DNA of 63,874 nucleotides, filler included. It is 5 parts of 5 records of this genome, joined end to end, with 100 filler letters (N's around TTAATTAATTAA, not from the genome) between each part and the next. Parts side by side here need not be neighbours in the genome. Positions count along the whole stretch, not along the records: positions 1 to 29,909 come from SRR31156797_14676; 4 more parts are not named here. The stretch is one strand, 5' to 3'. Both the position numbers and the translations under genes were made by a program. The notes below the pieces were generated by a model that saw only the letters and a program-made list of their open reading frames with translations, made no database searches and was not told the DNA's origin. Shown here piece after piece: positions 1 through 10,048 of the stretch (position 1 is the stretch's first letter; each line of letters begins with the position of its first letter).

Positions 1-56
1 GAACCTGGACTCTTCTGAACCAAAATCAGACGTGTTGCCAATTACACCATGGGACA
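1..56 (-). tRNA. tRNA-Gln(UUG), 3' end cut off by window start
   Basis: Reverse complement reads TGTCCCATGGTGTAATTGGCAACACG-TCTGA-TTTTGGT-TCAGA-AGAGTCCAGGTTC: D-arm, anticodon stem TCTGA/TCAGA with TTG anticodon, start of T-loop GGTTC. Confidence 0.93.
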
Positions 57-86
57 ATCCTCATGTCTTTCGTTTTGAAAGCGATG

Positions 87-117
87 CAAAAGTACAGCTT
101 TTTTCCTTACGCGCAAA
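87..117 (-). promoter_or_regulatory. Bacteroidota housekeeping promoter of tRNA-Gln
   Basis: Minus strand TTTG-N19-TACTTTTG, matching the -33 TTTG / -7 TAnnTTTG consensus. Confidence 0.75.
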
Positions 118-392
118 TTTTTTTTCATTTTTTTCAAAGAATAATTCAATCTCTGTTTTTGTATGGTATATTACCTTGTTGTGTCCCTTTGTTTTATGAC
201 CTTTAGGTGAAAAACAAAAGTTTTTAATTTTATAAGAATCATAAAAAATAATGGTCAATTAAAGGTCATTTCAAGGTAAAAAAGGTATAATTGTTCTTAA
301 GCTCGTTCTTATTTTCAGAAACGGAAGTAAAAAGTAGTATCATTTTCGGCTAAATTAGATTCCGTTTCGCACACAACATTAATATTTGCTTC

Positions 393-3272
393 GTGAAAAA
401 AATAGCCTGTTTAAATATAAGCCTTCAAAACCTGATTCCGGTTTTGTTATTTATCGGCAGCTTATCTGTGTACCTTTTGACCTTGTCGCCCACTGTTAAT
501 TTTTGGGACTGCGGCGAATTTATTGCTTGTGCCCACAAACTCGAAGTGGGTCATGCTCCGGGAGCGCCGTTTTACCTTATACTGGCTCGTTTTTTTGCGC
601 TGTTTGTTCCGGCTCATAAAGTAGCCTGGAGCGTTAACCTGCTTTCTGCACTGGCTTCGGCTTTTACGGTATTGTTTCTATATAAAAGCACTGTATTACT
701 ATTATTAAAGCGTTCGGGTCGATTATCCAATATTCACTTATTGGCTGCAGGACTAGGAGCATTAACGTTCGCTTTTACCGATAGCTTTTGGTTTTCAGCA
801 GTCGAAGCTGAGGTATATGCTTTATCCATCTTTTTTACGGCTTTCACCATATGGGCTGTTCTTCAATGGGAGTACACCTATGTTAAAAAAGAAGCCAACC
901 GATATTTATTACTCATTGCTTTAATGATGGGACTTTCGGTAGGTGTGCATCTTTTAAACCTATTGTGTATTCCGGTGATAGTAAGTGTGGTTTATAATAC
1001 CCTTTATCCTCACAAAAAGCTAAAGCAACTATGGGGTTTACTTATTGGCTTTGGCTTGCTGGTGCTTATTCAGTGGTTTGTCATTCAACATGGATTGTGG
1101 ATTGCGAAGTATCTGGAGTTGTTTTTAGTGAATAAGATAAACATGCCGGTTCATACAGGATTGATTGCTTTTTTCTTGCTGTTGTTTTCTGGCTTGGGAT
1201 TGGGAATATATCTGAGTCGCAAGAAAAATGCCTTGGTACATGCTTGTTGCCTGGCCGGTTTTTTCTTTTTTATGGGATTAAGTACCTATGCTTTGGTGAT
1301 AATCCGTTCACAGGCTTATCCGTCTATTAATTTAAATCAGCCTACTACAGTTTTTTCTCTGGAATCCTTTTTAAACCGTGAGCAATACGGACAGCGTCCT
1401 TTGATTTACGGAGCCTGGTTTGGTGCCAAACGAAAAGATGTAGAGTCGACCTATTCATACCGACTTAATAGTCAGAATAAATATGAGAAATATGCAGCAA
1501 ATGGTAAAGTAACCTATCATGCTAAAGATAAGAGTTTGTTGCAGCGAATGTACAGCGGACAGGATCGTCATGTAAATGGCTATTATTACTGGAGCGATTT
1601 AGAAAAAGGGGAGAAGCCTACTCTTTTTCATCAATTGAGTTTTCTGTTTAGATACCAGTTGGGACATATGTATTTCCGTTATTTTATGTGGAACTTTGCC
1701 GGAAGGCAAAACGATATTCAGGGCCAAGGTGATTTTTTAAACGGTAATTTCAAGACAGGATATTCCTTTATCGATCAAAATAGTTTGGGTAGCAGAAAAG
1801 TGCGGCATACCAACGAATTAACCAGCAGAGCCAGAAACAAGTATTTTCTGATTCCTTTGTTAATAGGGTTGTTAGGGATTCTGTATTTGATTTGGGCAAA
1901 AGAATGGGACTTGCTGATTCGAATCAGTGCTTTGTTTATCCTGGCAGGACCATTGATTGCCTTTTATTTAAATCAGCCACCTGCAGAACCTCGCGAAAGA
2001 GATTATGTTTTTGTGGGTAGTTTTTATGCTTTCTGCATGTTTGTGGCCTGGGGAGTTTGGGCTATACTCAAGGGTTTGCAACATCATTCTAAATCCACTT
2101 TGACCAATTACCTGGTTGCACTGCTTTTATTACTGGCCCTGCCCGTTTTAATGTTGGGTAATAACTTTAACGATCATAACCGAAAAGATAGAACGCTGGC
2201 TCGGGATATGGCCATGGCTTATTTAAAAAGTTGTGCACCCAATGCTATTTTGTTTACTTATGGTGATAATGATACTTACCCCTTATGGTATTTGCAGGAG
2301 GTTGAAGAAATAAGGCAGGATGTGCGTGTAATTAATGTGGGCTTGCTTTCGGCCGATTGGTATGTGCAACAGCAAGGCATAGCTCAACAAGGAACTTTGC
2401 CATTAAAGTTCACTATTCCTATGGATCGGTATAAAAGTGGCGATATGGACTACGCAGCGGTTGTAAATCATTCTGCGGAAGCTTTGGATATTTACAAAGG
2501 CTTACAGATTTTGGGAGACACTTCTTCTCAAAACCAGTTGACTACTCGCAACAACCAGCGACTGGATTTCCTGCCAGCAGCTAAATTAAGACTGACTGAC
2601 AAAGTAGCTATCCAATTGCACAAAAACTATGTAATGAAAGGTGAAATAGCTTTGCTTGATATTATCGCTTCTAACTATAAAGAAAGATCAATATACTTTA
2701 CGAACGGAACACCTTCGCATGCTACTTTAGGTTTTAATCAGTATGCACAGGATTATGGTATCGTTTCCCGCCTAAACATTGAACAGCGCAAAGCAGATGT
2801 ATTAGAGTTGTATCGTTTGTTTACCGAAAAGATAAATATGAATGTACCCCAAAAGAGCTGGTGGGATGAGACTTGTATGCACTCTTTACTGATTTCGGAT
2901 TTACATGGTGCTACCATTGATCTCGTTCAACAATTACTTGATGAAGGATATACAGATAAGGCCATTGATGTAGTTAATCGTTTTTACCCTGTTAGCATGC
3001 AGGTAAATTATTCATCTCACCGGAGGGATATTCATTGGATTAATGTTTTGTATGCTTGTGGTTTAAAAGATAAAGCACAGCGTTATTTAGAGAAAACAAG
3101 CTACGCATCTTTGCAGAACTTTCAATATTATATGGAGTCGAAAAAATATCTGGGGCAAAACATGCTGGCTTACGCCAAAGAAGAGATGAAGTATATTGAA
3201 AAGCTTGAGAAAGTAGCTACAGAGAACAATGAAATGGCAGTGGTTGCTTTAATCCAATCCATCATTAGGTAA
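393..3272 (+). CDS. DUF2723 / TMEM260-like (GT117) integral membrane glycosyltransferase, paralog 1
   Basis: N-terminal FWDCGEFI...HAPGAP, FWFSAVEAEVY, NREQYG, PRERDY and GDNDTYPLWY motifs; many TM helices. Confidence 0.88.
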   Translation: MKKIACLNISLQNLIPVLLFIGSLSVYLLTLSPTVNFWDCGEFIACAHKLEVGHAPGAPFYLILARFFALFVPAHKVAWSVNLLSALASAFTVLFLYKSTVLLLLKRSGRLSNIHLLAAGLGALTFAFTDSFWFSAVEAEVYALSIFFTAFTIWAVLQWEYTYVKKEANRYLLLIALMMGLSVGVHLLNLLCIPVIVSVVYNTLYPHKKLKQLWGLLIGFGLLVLIQWFVIQHGLWIAKYLELFLVNKINMPVHTGLIAFFLLLFSGLGLGIYLSRKKNALVHACCLAGFFFFMGLSTYALVIIRSQAYPSINLNQPTTVFSLESFLNREQYGQRPLIYGAWFGAKRKDVESTYSYRLNSQNKYEKYAANGKVTYHAKDKSLLQRMYSGQDRHVNGYYYWSDLEKGEKPTLFHQLSFLFRYQLGHMYFRYFMWNFAGRQNDIQGQGDFLNGNFKTGYSFIDQNSLGSRKVRHTNELTSRARNKYFLIPLLIGLLGILYLIWAKEWDLLIRISALFILAGPLIAFYLNQPPAEPRERDYVFVGSFYAFCMFVAWGVWAILKGLQHHSKSTLTNYLVALLLLLALPVLMLGNNFNDHNRKDRTLARDMAMAYLKSCAPNAILFTYGDNDTYPLWYLQEVEEIRQDVRVINVGLLSADWYVQQQGIAQQGTLPLKFTIPMDRYKSGDMDYAAVVNHSAEALDIYKGLQILGDTSSQNQLTTRNNQRLDFLPAAKLRLTDKVAIQLHKNYVMKGEIALLDIIASNYKERSIYFTNGTPSHATLGFNQYAQDYGIVSRLNIEQRKADVLELYRLFTEKINMNVPQKSWWDETCMHSLLISDLHGATIDLVQQLLDEGYTDKAIDVVNRFYPVSMQVNYSSHRRDIHWINVLYACGLKDKAQRYLEKTSYASLQNFQYYMESKKYLGQNMLAYAKEEMKYIEKLEKVATENNEMAVVALIQSIIR

Positions 3273-3276
3273 AGTT

Positions 3277-3347
3277 TCAGTTAGTAGCTATCAGCTATCA
3301 GTTAGCAGTGTTCAATCTGATAACTGCTAACTGATCAATGATCACTG
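3277..3347. repeat. Heptamer tandem repeats forming an inverted-repeat hairpin
   Basis: TCAGTTA/GTAGCTA/TCAGCTA/TCAGTTA then CTGATAA/CTGCTAA/CTGATCA; perfect 13-bp stem 3297-3309 with 3323-3335. Confidence 0.8.
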
Positions 3348-3420
3348 CAATCTGTTTGCCGATATTTGTTATCTTTGGCATCTCATTAAAAAAGCTTATA
3401 AAACATTCAATTATAAAACC

Positions 3421-4713
3421 ATGAATTTTGTTGAGGAATTGAAATGGCGTGGCATGATTCACGATATGATGCCGGGAACCGAAGAACAATTACAAAAAGA
3501 AATGACCACAGCCTATGTAGGAATCGATCCTACGGCTGACTCACTACATATTGGACACCTGGTATCTGTAATGATGCTTAAACACCTTCAGGTAGCCGGA
3601 CACAGACCTATTGTTTTGGTAGGTGGAGCAACCGGAATGATTGGTGATCCTTCAGGGAAATCGGCAGAACGTAATTTGCTCGATGAAGAAACCCTGCGTC
3701 ATAATCAGGATTGCCTGAAAAACCAGTTGAGTAAATTCTTAGATTTTTCGAGCGGTGAGAAAAACGAGGCCTTAATGGTGAATAATTACGACTGGATGAA
3801 AGAATTCTCTTTCCTGGAGTTTATTCGCGATATTGGTAAGCATCTTACTGTAAACTATATGATGGCTAAGGATTCGGTTAAAAAGCGAATTAGCGGTGAC
3901 GGAAATTCCGGACTGTCATTTACAGAGTTTACTTACCAACTTGTACAAGGAACCGACTTTTACCACTTATACCAGGCTCATAATTGTAAATTACAAATGG
4001 GAGGTTCCGATCAGTGGGGAAATATTACCACAGGAACAGAATTAATTAGAAGAAAGTTAGGTGGCGAAGCCTTTGCCATGACCTGCCCATTAATTACCAA
4101 AGCCGACGGTGGTAAATTTGGAAAAACGGAATCGGGTAATGTATGGCTAGATCCTAAAAGAACAAGTCCGTATAAATTTTACCAATTCTGGCTAAATACT
4201 TCCGATGCTGATGCAGAGAAGTACATTAAAATATTTACGCTTTTATCTCAGGAAGAGGTGGAGAGTTTGGTAAAGGAACATGCAGAAGCGCCTCATGCCC
4301 GTGCGCTTCAAAAGCGATTAGCTGAAGAAGTGACAGTAATGATTCATGGCAGAGAAGCTTATGACGCATCAGTAGAAGCCAGCCAGATATTGTTTGGTAA
4401 ATCAACCATGGATGCCTTAAAAAAGATTGATGAAGACACTTTCTTATCGGTTTTTGAAGGCGTTCCTACTTTTACCATCTCCAAAGCTGAATTAGAAGCC
4501 GGAATAGATGTATTGGAGTTGATGGCTGTTAAAACGCAGGTTTTCCCTTCGAAAGGAGAAGCCCGAAAAACAGTAAAAGGTGGTGGAGCAAGCTTAAATA
4601 AAGAAAAAATTACTAATCAGGAAATGATTGTAAATGCCGATTACCTATTAAACGATAAGTATTTGCTATTTCAAAAAGGTAAAAAGAACTTTTTTGTTGT
4701 AATAGCAGAATAA
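3421..4713 (+). CDS. tyrS: Tyrosine--tRNA ligase
   Basis: [13 protein letters not shown] (HIGH), [16 protein letters not shown]-terminal S4-like domain. Confidence 0.98.
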   Translation: MNFVEELKWRGMIHDMMPGTEEQLQKEMTTAYVGIDPTADSLHIGHLVSVMMLKHLQVAGHRPIVLVGGATGMIGDPSGKSAERNLLDEETLRHNQDCLKNQLSKFLDFSSGEKNEALMVNNYDWMKEFSFLEFIRDIGKHLTVNYMMAKDSVKKRISGDGNSGLSFTEFTYQLVQGTDFYHLYQAHNCKLQMGGSDQWGNITTGTELIRRKLGGEAFAMTCPLITKADGGKFGKTESGNVWLDPKRTSPYKFYQFWLNTSDADAEKYIKIFTLLSQEEVESLVKEHAEAPHARALQKRLAEEVTVMIHGREAYDASVEASQILFGKSTMDALKKIDEDTFLSVFEGVPTFTISKAELEAGIDVLELMAVKTQVFPSKGEARKTVKGGGASLNKEKITNQEMIVNADYLLNDKYLLFQKGKKNFFVVIAE

Positions 4714-4737
4714 AATATTACATCTATCACATAATGT

Positions 4738-4771
4738 AAGCCCTTGATAAGATAGTATCAAGGGCTTTTTT
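4738..4771 (+). terminator. Intrinsic terminator after tyrS
   Basis: AAGCCCTTGATA-N6-TATCAAGGGCTT followed by T-run. Confidence 0.85.
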
Positions 4772-4892
4772 GTATCTGTAAATTTAATTTTATATTTGCC
4801 CATCATTTAATATATTAATCTTTAACATGACCTTCATCCAAACCTTAAACGTAAGTCCTTTGATGTAGTCATGTGTTTTAATTTTTATTCAC

Positions 4893-5480
4893 ATGAAAAA
4901 ATTATTCTTACTAGCAATCTTATTGCTAGCATTAAGTGCCACTTCATTTGCGCAATTCTCACAAGGAACTTTTCATTTAAGTGGTGCATCAGATCTTTCT
5001 TTTTTATCCACTAAATCTTATAGTGAATATGATGGAAAAAGAACTGGATATGAAGCAGAGGAGAAAATTCTAAATATTGCCCCTTCATTGGGATATTTTG
5101 TGATTGACAACCTCTCATTAGGTTTAACTTTAATGTACGAAAAATCAGAAGGAGAAGATAGTTATCAGAGTTTCTATCGAGATTACGATTATAAAAGAAC
5201 AACTGTTGGACCGTACTTTGCCTATTATTTTGGTTCTTCACAAATTAAGCCTTTTGTAACAGCTAGCTTATTATTTGGTAATGAAAAGTCTGGTAAGTCA
5301 AAAAACAATGTTAATTCGTTTGGAATTGGAGGGGGAATATCATTTATGATAGCAGACTTTTTATCTCTTGATTTAGCAGTGATATACCAGAATGTAACAT
5401 CAATATCTGACAATGATTCAAAAGCAAAAGCAATAACAGATGGTACTGGACTCTCTGGCGGAATATCAATTTATCTTTAA
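4893..5480 (+). CDS. Outer-membrane beta-barrel protein (OmpA-like 8-stranded type)
   Basis: Sec signal peptide, amphipathic beta strands, C-terminal GISIYL beta-signal; TATATTTG -7 element at 4791. Confidence 0.75.
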   Translation: MKKLFLLAILLLALSATSFAQFSQGTFHLSGASDLSFLSTKSYSEYDGKRTGYEAEEKILNIAPSLGYFVIDNLSLGLTLMYEKSEGEDSYQSFYRDYDYKRTTVGPYFAYYFGSSQIKPFVTASLLFGNEKSGKSKNNVNSFGIGGGISFMIADFLSLDLAVIYQNVTSISDNDSKAKAITDGTGLSGGISIYL

Positions 5481-5571
5481 ATAAAAGGAAGACAATTGTG
5501 CCTTGTTTATTTTTTTATACATTTGGTGTAACAATTTTTAAGATAATAATTAACTTAACGAAAACAGAAAA

Positions 5572-6090
5572 ATGAAAAAACTATTAGTTTTATTTGCTGT
5601 AATGGCTATGGTGGCTACAACAAGTGTAGCTCAATTTAAATATGGTGGTGGTTTAACGTTAGGTACAGATGCTTCTGTAGATGGAGGAATGAACCTTGGT
5701 TTAAATTTACGCGGAGATTACGCCTTTAATGAGCAATGGTCTGTATCTCCTGGCTTTACTTTTTTCTTACCTAGTGAAGAAATGGGAAGGAAGCTTACTC
5801 TTTGGCAATTGAATGCTGATGCTCATTATAAATTTTATGAAACTGATCAATTTAGCTTTTATGGTTTAGCCGGATTAAATTTTTCAAACTTTTCTTGGAA
5901 AATGGATGAACAAACCTACTCCGCTGGAGGAATGACTATTACAACTGGTGGTGATTATTCTGATAGTGAGATAGGCCTTGATTTAGGTGCTGGAGCTAAC
6001 TTTGGTAGCAAGTTCTATGGTGAGTTAAAATACGATACCGCTTTTGAGCAATTAGCTATTAGTGTTGGAATTTATTTCGGAGGAAACTAA
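5572..6090 (+). CDS. Outer-membrane beta-barrel protein (porin family)
   Basis: Signal peptide, beta strands, C-terminal VGIYF; TACATTTG -7 element at 5518. Confidence 0.8.
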   Translation: MKKLLVLFAVMAMVATTSVAQFKYGGGLTLGTDASVDGGMNLGLNLRGDYAFNEQWSVSPGFTFFLPSEEMGRKLTLWQLNADAHYKFYETDQFSFYGLAGLNFSNFSWKMDEQTYSAGGMTITTGGDYSDSEIGLDLGAGANFGSKFYGELKYDTAFEQLAISVGIYFGGN

Positions 6091-6110
6091 TCCGTAAAAT
6101 ATTATAGTAT

Positions 6111-6136
6111 AAAACCGGCCTTGTGCCGGTTTTTTT
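6111..6136 (+). terminator. Intrinsic terminator
   Basis: AAAACCGGC-CTTGT-GCCGGTTTT followed by T-run. Confidence 0.85.
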
Positions 6137-6172
6137 ATGCCCATACATTTCTTTATTTTAGCCATAAAAACG

Positions 6173-6682
6173 ATGCGTTATATTTTCTTATTCATCTTCA
6201 TTGTTACTTTAAGTTTATCGCTTAAAGCGCAGTATTCTTCCTTGTATTTAATTAATCAGGAAAAAGACAAAGTGGTACATATCAGAAAAGGTGGCCTTGT
6301 GGTATTGGAATATCAAGGCTACTTAAACCAAACAGAACTGCATAGCAATTATATTATTGGCATTAATGATAACAGCTTACTGTTGGGCAAACCGGGATTA
6401 TTTAACAAGCCAGACAATGTAAAAGAAATTCGCATAGATGATATCACCGGATTCAGAAAGAAATCGGCAGGGTCGGAGTTATTAAAGACGGCATTAACAG
6501 TAGGTGCAACTTTGGGAACCTATTACGCTATCCGTGAAAACAAAGACAAACTAAATTCTACACAACAACTTGTGTATTCACTTGGTGCAGGATTAGTTAC
6601 CAGTATTTCCCTTAAATTTATTTTTCCCGATACTAAAATTAAGTATAAGTTAAAGGATGGCTGGAAGATTCAGCTTAGGTAA
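6173..6682 (+). CDS. Hypothetical exported/membrane protein
   Basis: Signal peptide from the Met at 6173 (the upstream ATG at 6137 abuts the terminator); two Gly-rich hydrophobic helices near the C-terminus. Confidence 0.65.
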   Translation: MRYIFLFIFIVTLSLSLKAQYSSLYLINQEKDKVVHIRKGGLVVLEYQGYLNQTELHSNYIIGINDNSLLLGKPGLFNKPDNVKEIRIDDITGFRKKSAGSELLKTALTVGATLGTYYAIRENKDKLNSTQQLVYSLGAGLVTSISLKFIFPDTKIKYKLKDGWKIQLR

Positions 6683-6834
6683 GTAACCATACTTTATTAG
6701 TTTTTCATATACAATTTCGACCATTTTTAAATGGTAAACATTAACTTCTTATTAACCAAACAAAAGGTTTTTGATAACTTATCATAAGCTATTTTTGATG
6801 CATATTATTTACAAACATTAAAAATGAATAAACT

Positions 6835-7332
6835 ATGAAAAAGTTGTTTTTAGTATGCATCGTAGCAAGCATTAGTATGATATCTTTTGCTCAATTCAAA
6901 TTAGGCGGAGGAATCACGCTGGGAAACCAAACATCCATTAACCAAAGCATTGGCGCTGGGTTAAATATAAGGGGGGATTATTCTTTTAACAAAATATCCA
7001 TTAGCCCTGGGTTTACATATATCTTCCCTGGCACAGATGGATATAACAGGTATAGTGCTTGGCAAATCAATGCTGATGCGCATTACCATTTTTACAATGC
7101 TGACAAGATTAAGCTGTATGGTTTAGTTGGCTTAAACTTTACCGAAGAAAAAATGAGCTACAATGAAGTTTATTATTATGGTAATAGCGGAACCAAGTCA
7201 AATACCTCAAGTAGTACAGCAACTTCTGGTTTAAATTTGGGCGGAGGAATTCAGTATAAGAAGTATTTTGGTGAGGTAAAATATGATTCCGGGTTTAACC
7301 AACTCGGCGTAACTTTTGGCGTTTACTTTTAA
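6835..7332 (+). CDS. Outer-membrane beta-barrel protein, paralog of 5572..6090
   Basis: Shares AQFKxGGGxTLG, GLNxRGDY, SPGFT, WQxNADAHY, YGLxGLNF, GExKYD; ends GVYF. Confidence 0.8.
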   Translation: MKKLFLVCIVASISMISFAQFKLGGGITLGNQTSINQSIGAGLNIRGDYSFNKISISPGFTYIFPGTDGYNRYSAWQINADAHYHFYNADKIKLYGLVGLNFTEEKMSYNEVYYYGNSGTKSNTSSSTATSGLNLGGGIQYKKYFGEVKYDSGFNQLGVTFGVYF

Positions 7333-7372
7333 ATCTACAAACGAAGCAAACGGCTATTATGCCGTTTCTTCC

Positions 7373-9025
7373 TTATTTATCCAAAGCTAAAAATTTCCCA
7401 TTTAGCACCACTCCGTCCAAACTCATATTTTTAGCCGATTTGATGGCATCTTCATGCGAATGTACTATTGGTTCTCCTCTTTTATTAAATGAGGTATTTA
7501 TAAGGGCTTTAATTTGGTATTTCTCATGTAAGAGCAGAAGCAAAGCATACATAAATGGATTTTGCTCTTTGTTTCTTATGGTTTGAATACGTGCTGTTCC
7601 GTCGATATGTACGGCACCTTCTAATTGTTTGCGCCGATCATACAGAACCGGTAAATCAATCAACATATAATCTGCTAGATGATGAATTTGATCCTGTCCG
7701 GTGAAATATTTAGCATTTTCCTCCAGCATAATAGGTGCTACCGGTCTGTACCATTCCCTGCCTTTATGCTCCATGCTCACTTTTTCAGCAAGTTGTTTAT
7801 TATCGGCTCTGGCAATAATACTTCTGTTTCCTAGTGCTCTTGGGCCTATTTCTCCAAAATCATTACAAATACCAATCACTTTTCCTGCTACAATCTGCTG
7901 CGCAATGCTATCTAATTCCTTGGAATCAATTAGCACTTTTTTTTGTAGCCTCCAATTATTCAGATAAGGAGAATGCTGTGCAATAGTTCCATGTTTTTGC
8001 CATTCAACAAAGGCTGCTGCTCCCAATGAAAGTCCGCTGTCCTCAGGGCAAGGAGGAATTAACACATCCTTAAACATGGCAGAATCCACAATGTCTTTGT
8101 TGGCCACAATATTTAAAGCAGAACCTCCTGTGTAATATAAATACTCAGCACCGGTATGTTGTAGTAATCGATTTAGTTCATTTTTTAATTCCCGAATAAA
8201 AATATGCTGTAAGGTGGCCAACACATCCTGCATAAAGCAGTCTTGCGTACTAAGCTGATTTTCGTTCCAAACAAAATGTTTTTTAATCGATTCAAATACC
8301 TTTGCTTTCGAACCCCAGCAATTGGTAAAATAATCGTTTTTTACAAGCCATTCTTCCATCGATTTGGAATATTGTCCATAAGCAGCCAAACCCATCATTT
8401 TACCTGGAACGGAGTTTTGCTCATTAAACTTTGCCCCAATAATTCCAAAAACCAAAGCATTGGCGTTAAAGAAAGAAGATAAGTATTTTAAGTTCCAATG
8501 ATACTCAAGGCTTGTTAATTTACCATCTTTATACTGCCAGGCAGAAAAATTGGAAAGACTTCCTCCTCCGTCAAAATGTACCAGTAAACTGTTTTCTTTA
8601 AATTGTTGATAAAAAGGCAAACAACTACCAATATGTGCCAACTCATGATTGATGGAGTAGGCACTTCGTTCATGATCCAACCACCAGCATCTTCCATTTT
8701 CTATATGAGGATATAAAACCTCATTTAAAGGTCCTTCATATCGCAATTTACCACAAGAAGAAATCATGGCTCTTCCCACCACATTATCCGGAAATACTAG
8801 ATCGAAATTGTCTTTTAATAACTTTTCATCCTTGAGAACCTGATATAATGAGCGATGTAGTTTATTATCATGCTTAAATCGGCTTAAACGCTCAAATGTA
8901 AGGTGTTTGATCACTTGGCCATTTTCCATCAACGTTATGGCATGATCATGCACAAAATAAGGCGTGTCGCTATCTGAGCGATCCTGTACAGCATAAATCG
9001 CTAAAGTAGGCTTTGAATGATCCAT
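7373..9025 (-). CDS. Carbamoyltransferase (NodU/CmcH/TobZ family)
   Basis: HD..., HELAH, DGGG, GKMMGLAAYG, GGSALN, EIGPRALGNRSI, KGREWYRPVAP, HIDGTARIQT, NTSFN..GEPIV motifs. Confidence 0.9.
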   Translation of the reverse strand: MDHSKPTLAIYAVQDRSDSDTPYFVHDHAITLMENGQVIKHLTFERLSRFKHDNKLHRSLYQVLKDEKLLKDNFDLVFPDNVVGRAMISSCGKLRYEGPLNEVLYPHIENGRCWWLDHERSAYSINHELAHIGSCLPFYQQFKENSLLVHFDGGGSLSNFSAWQYKDGKLTSLEYHWNLKYLSSFFNANALVFGIIGAKFNEQNSVPGKMMGLAAYGQYSKSMEEWLVKNDYFTNCWGSKAKVFESIKKHFVWNENQLSTQDCFMQDVLATLQHIFIRELKNELNRLLQHTGAEYLYYTGGSALNIVANKDIVDSAMFKDVLIPPCPEDSGLSLGAAAFVEWQKHGTIAQHSPYLNNWRLQKKVLIDSKELDSIAQQIVAGKVIGICNDFGEIGPRALGNRSIIARADNKQLAEKVSMEHKGREWYRPVAPIMLEENAKYFTGQDQIHHLADYMLIDLPVLYDRRKQLEGAVHIDGTARIQTIRNKEQNPFMYALLLLLHEKYQIKALINTSFNKRGEPIVHSHEDAIKSAKNMSLDGVVLNGKFLALDK

Positions 9026-10006
9026 TTAAATGAAAATTTGCCCAATTAAAGTAGTGGCGATTAAAAGGATAAAAAGGGTGTTTTTCCAAAGTATCGATCG
9101 AATCGAGTCTAGTAAATGGGCAATAATTATAGCTACCGGTACCATAACTATGGTTAAGAACTGGAAATGTGCTCCGGTTAAAACCATGAAAGCCATCAGG
9201 TAAAGACTACAATAAATAAAAACCTGGTATTGCTTTCGGGTAAATATTTTTTTACTTCCATAAGATCCAATAACCGAAAACAGTCCTATTAAATAGATAA
9301 AAGCAACGGTTAAAAGAACAATCAGTACCAGATTATTATATCCTTTATAAAGATGGAATAATTTGTCAATAGAAAAAGAAAGATAGGTATAATAATCGGC
9401 CATGTTACCCAATGACAAGGCATAACCCCAGAGTAATAACCAAGGTAAAACCAGACCAATTATTGCTGCCAGGAAAGATTTAAAACTAAGCACTCTTAAA
9501 GTTCCCATCACAATTAGGAGCAGTGGGAAAAGTAAAATGACTTTAAAACTGAATAAACTGGAAACTGAAAGCCAGAAAGAAGCTAAAAAGCACTCTTTCA
9601 TTGTTTTGCGGTAATGGTGTGCTTCAAACAAGTATTCGAGGGCCACGATTAAAAAAATAGTAGCCACCCAAACAGGATGAAAAATCTGTACCTGAGATAT
9701 GCTGCCTACCAATAAGATGTATATAAACCCAGGCAGTGCCGTTTGCTGACTTAATAATCCGTATCGGGAATTAAAGCGGGTTAAGCTCAAAGTAATAAAA
9801 ATGGTAGCAATAACACTAAAAAGGAAACCGAGCCAGGCAATGTTGGCTGTAAATGAAAACAGTTTCCATAAAGGCATTGCAGCGTTAAAACTGTCCACAT
9901 CAACACCTGCACCTGATAAAATGGGTTTTAGCCAGAGCAATATAATAAGTAGGAGCATAAAGGTATATGCTCCTATCCTGTTGTTATGTACCAGTTTTAC
10001 TAACAT
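9026..10006 (-). CDS. Polytopic membrane protein (DUF6427-like)
   Basis: About 9-10 TM helices; position downstream of purD as commonly seen in Bacteroidota. Confidence 0.6.
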   Translation of the reverse strand: MLVKLVHNNRIGAYTFMLLLIILLWLKPILSGAGVDVDSFNAAMPLWKLFSFTANIAWLGFLFSVIATIFITLSLTRFNSRYGLLSQQTALPGFIYILLVGSISQVQIFHPVWVATIFLIVALEYLFEAHHYRKTMKECFLASFWLSVSSLFSFKVILLFPLLLIVMGTLRVLSFKSFLAAIIGLVLPWLLLWGYALSLGNMADYYTYLSFSIDKLFHLYKGYNNLVLIVLLTVAFIYLIGLFSVIGSYGSKKIFTRKQYQVFIYCSLYLMAFMVLTGAHFQFLTIVMVPVAIIIAHLLDSIRSILWKNTLFILLIATTLIGQIFI

Positions 10007-10048
10007 TCTTTCTCTGTTAAACCAAAAACCACAGCCTTTTTATCGAAA

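Noticed and set aside
3273-3420. Possible T-box leader upstream of tyrS
   Set aside because: The leader is too short, there is no T-box consensus, and the visible structure is the heptamer hairpin upstream of the promoter
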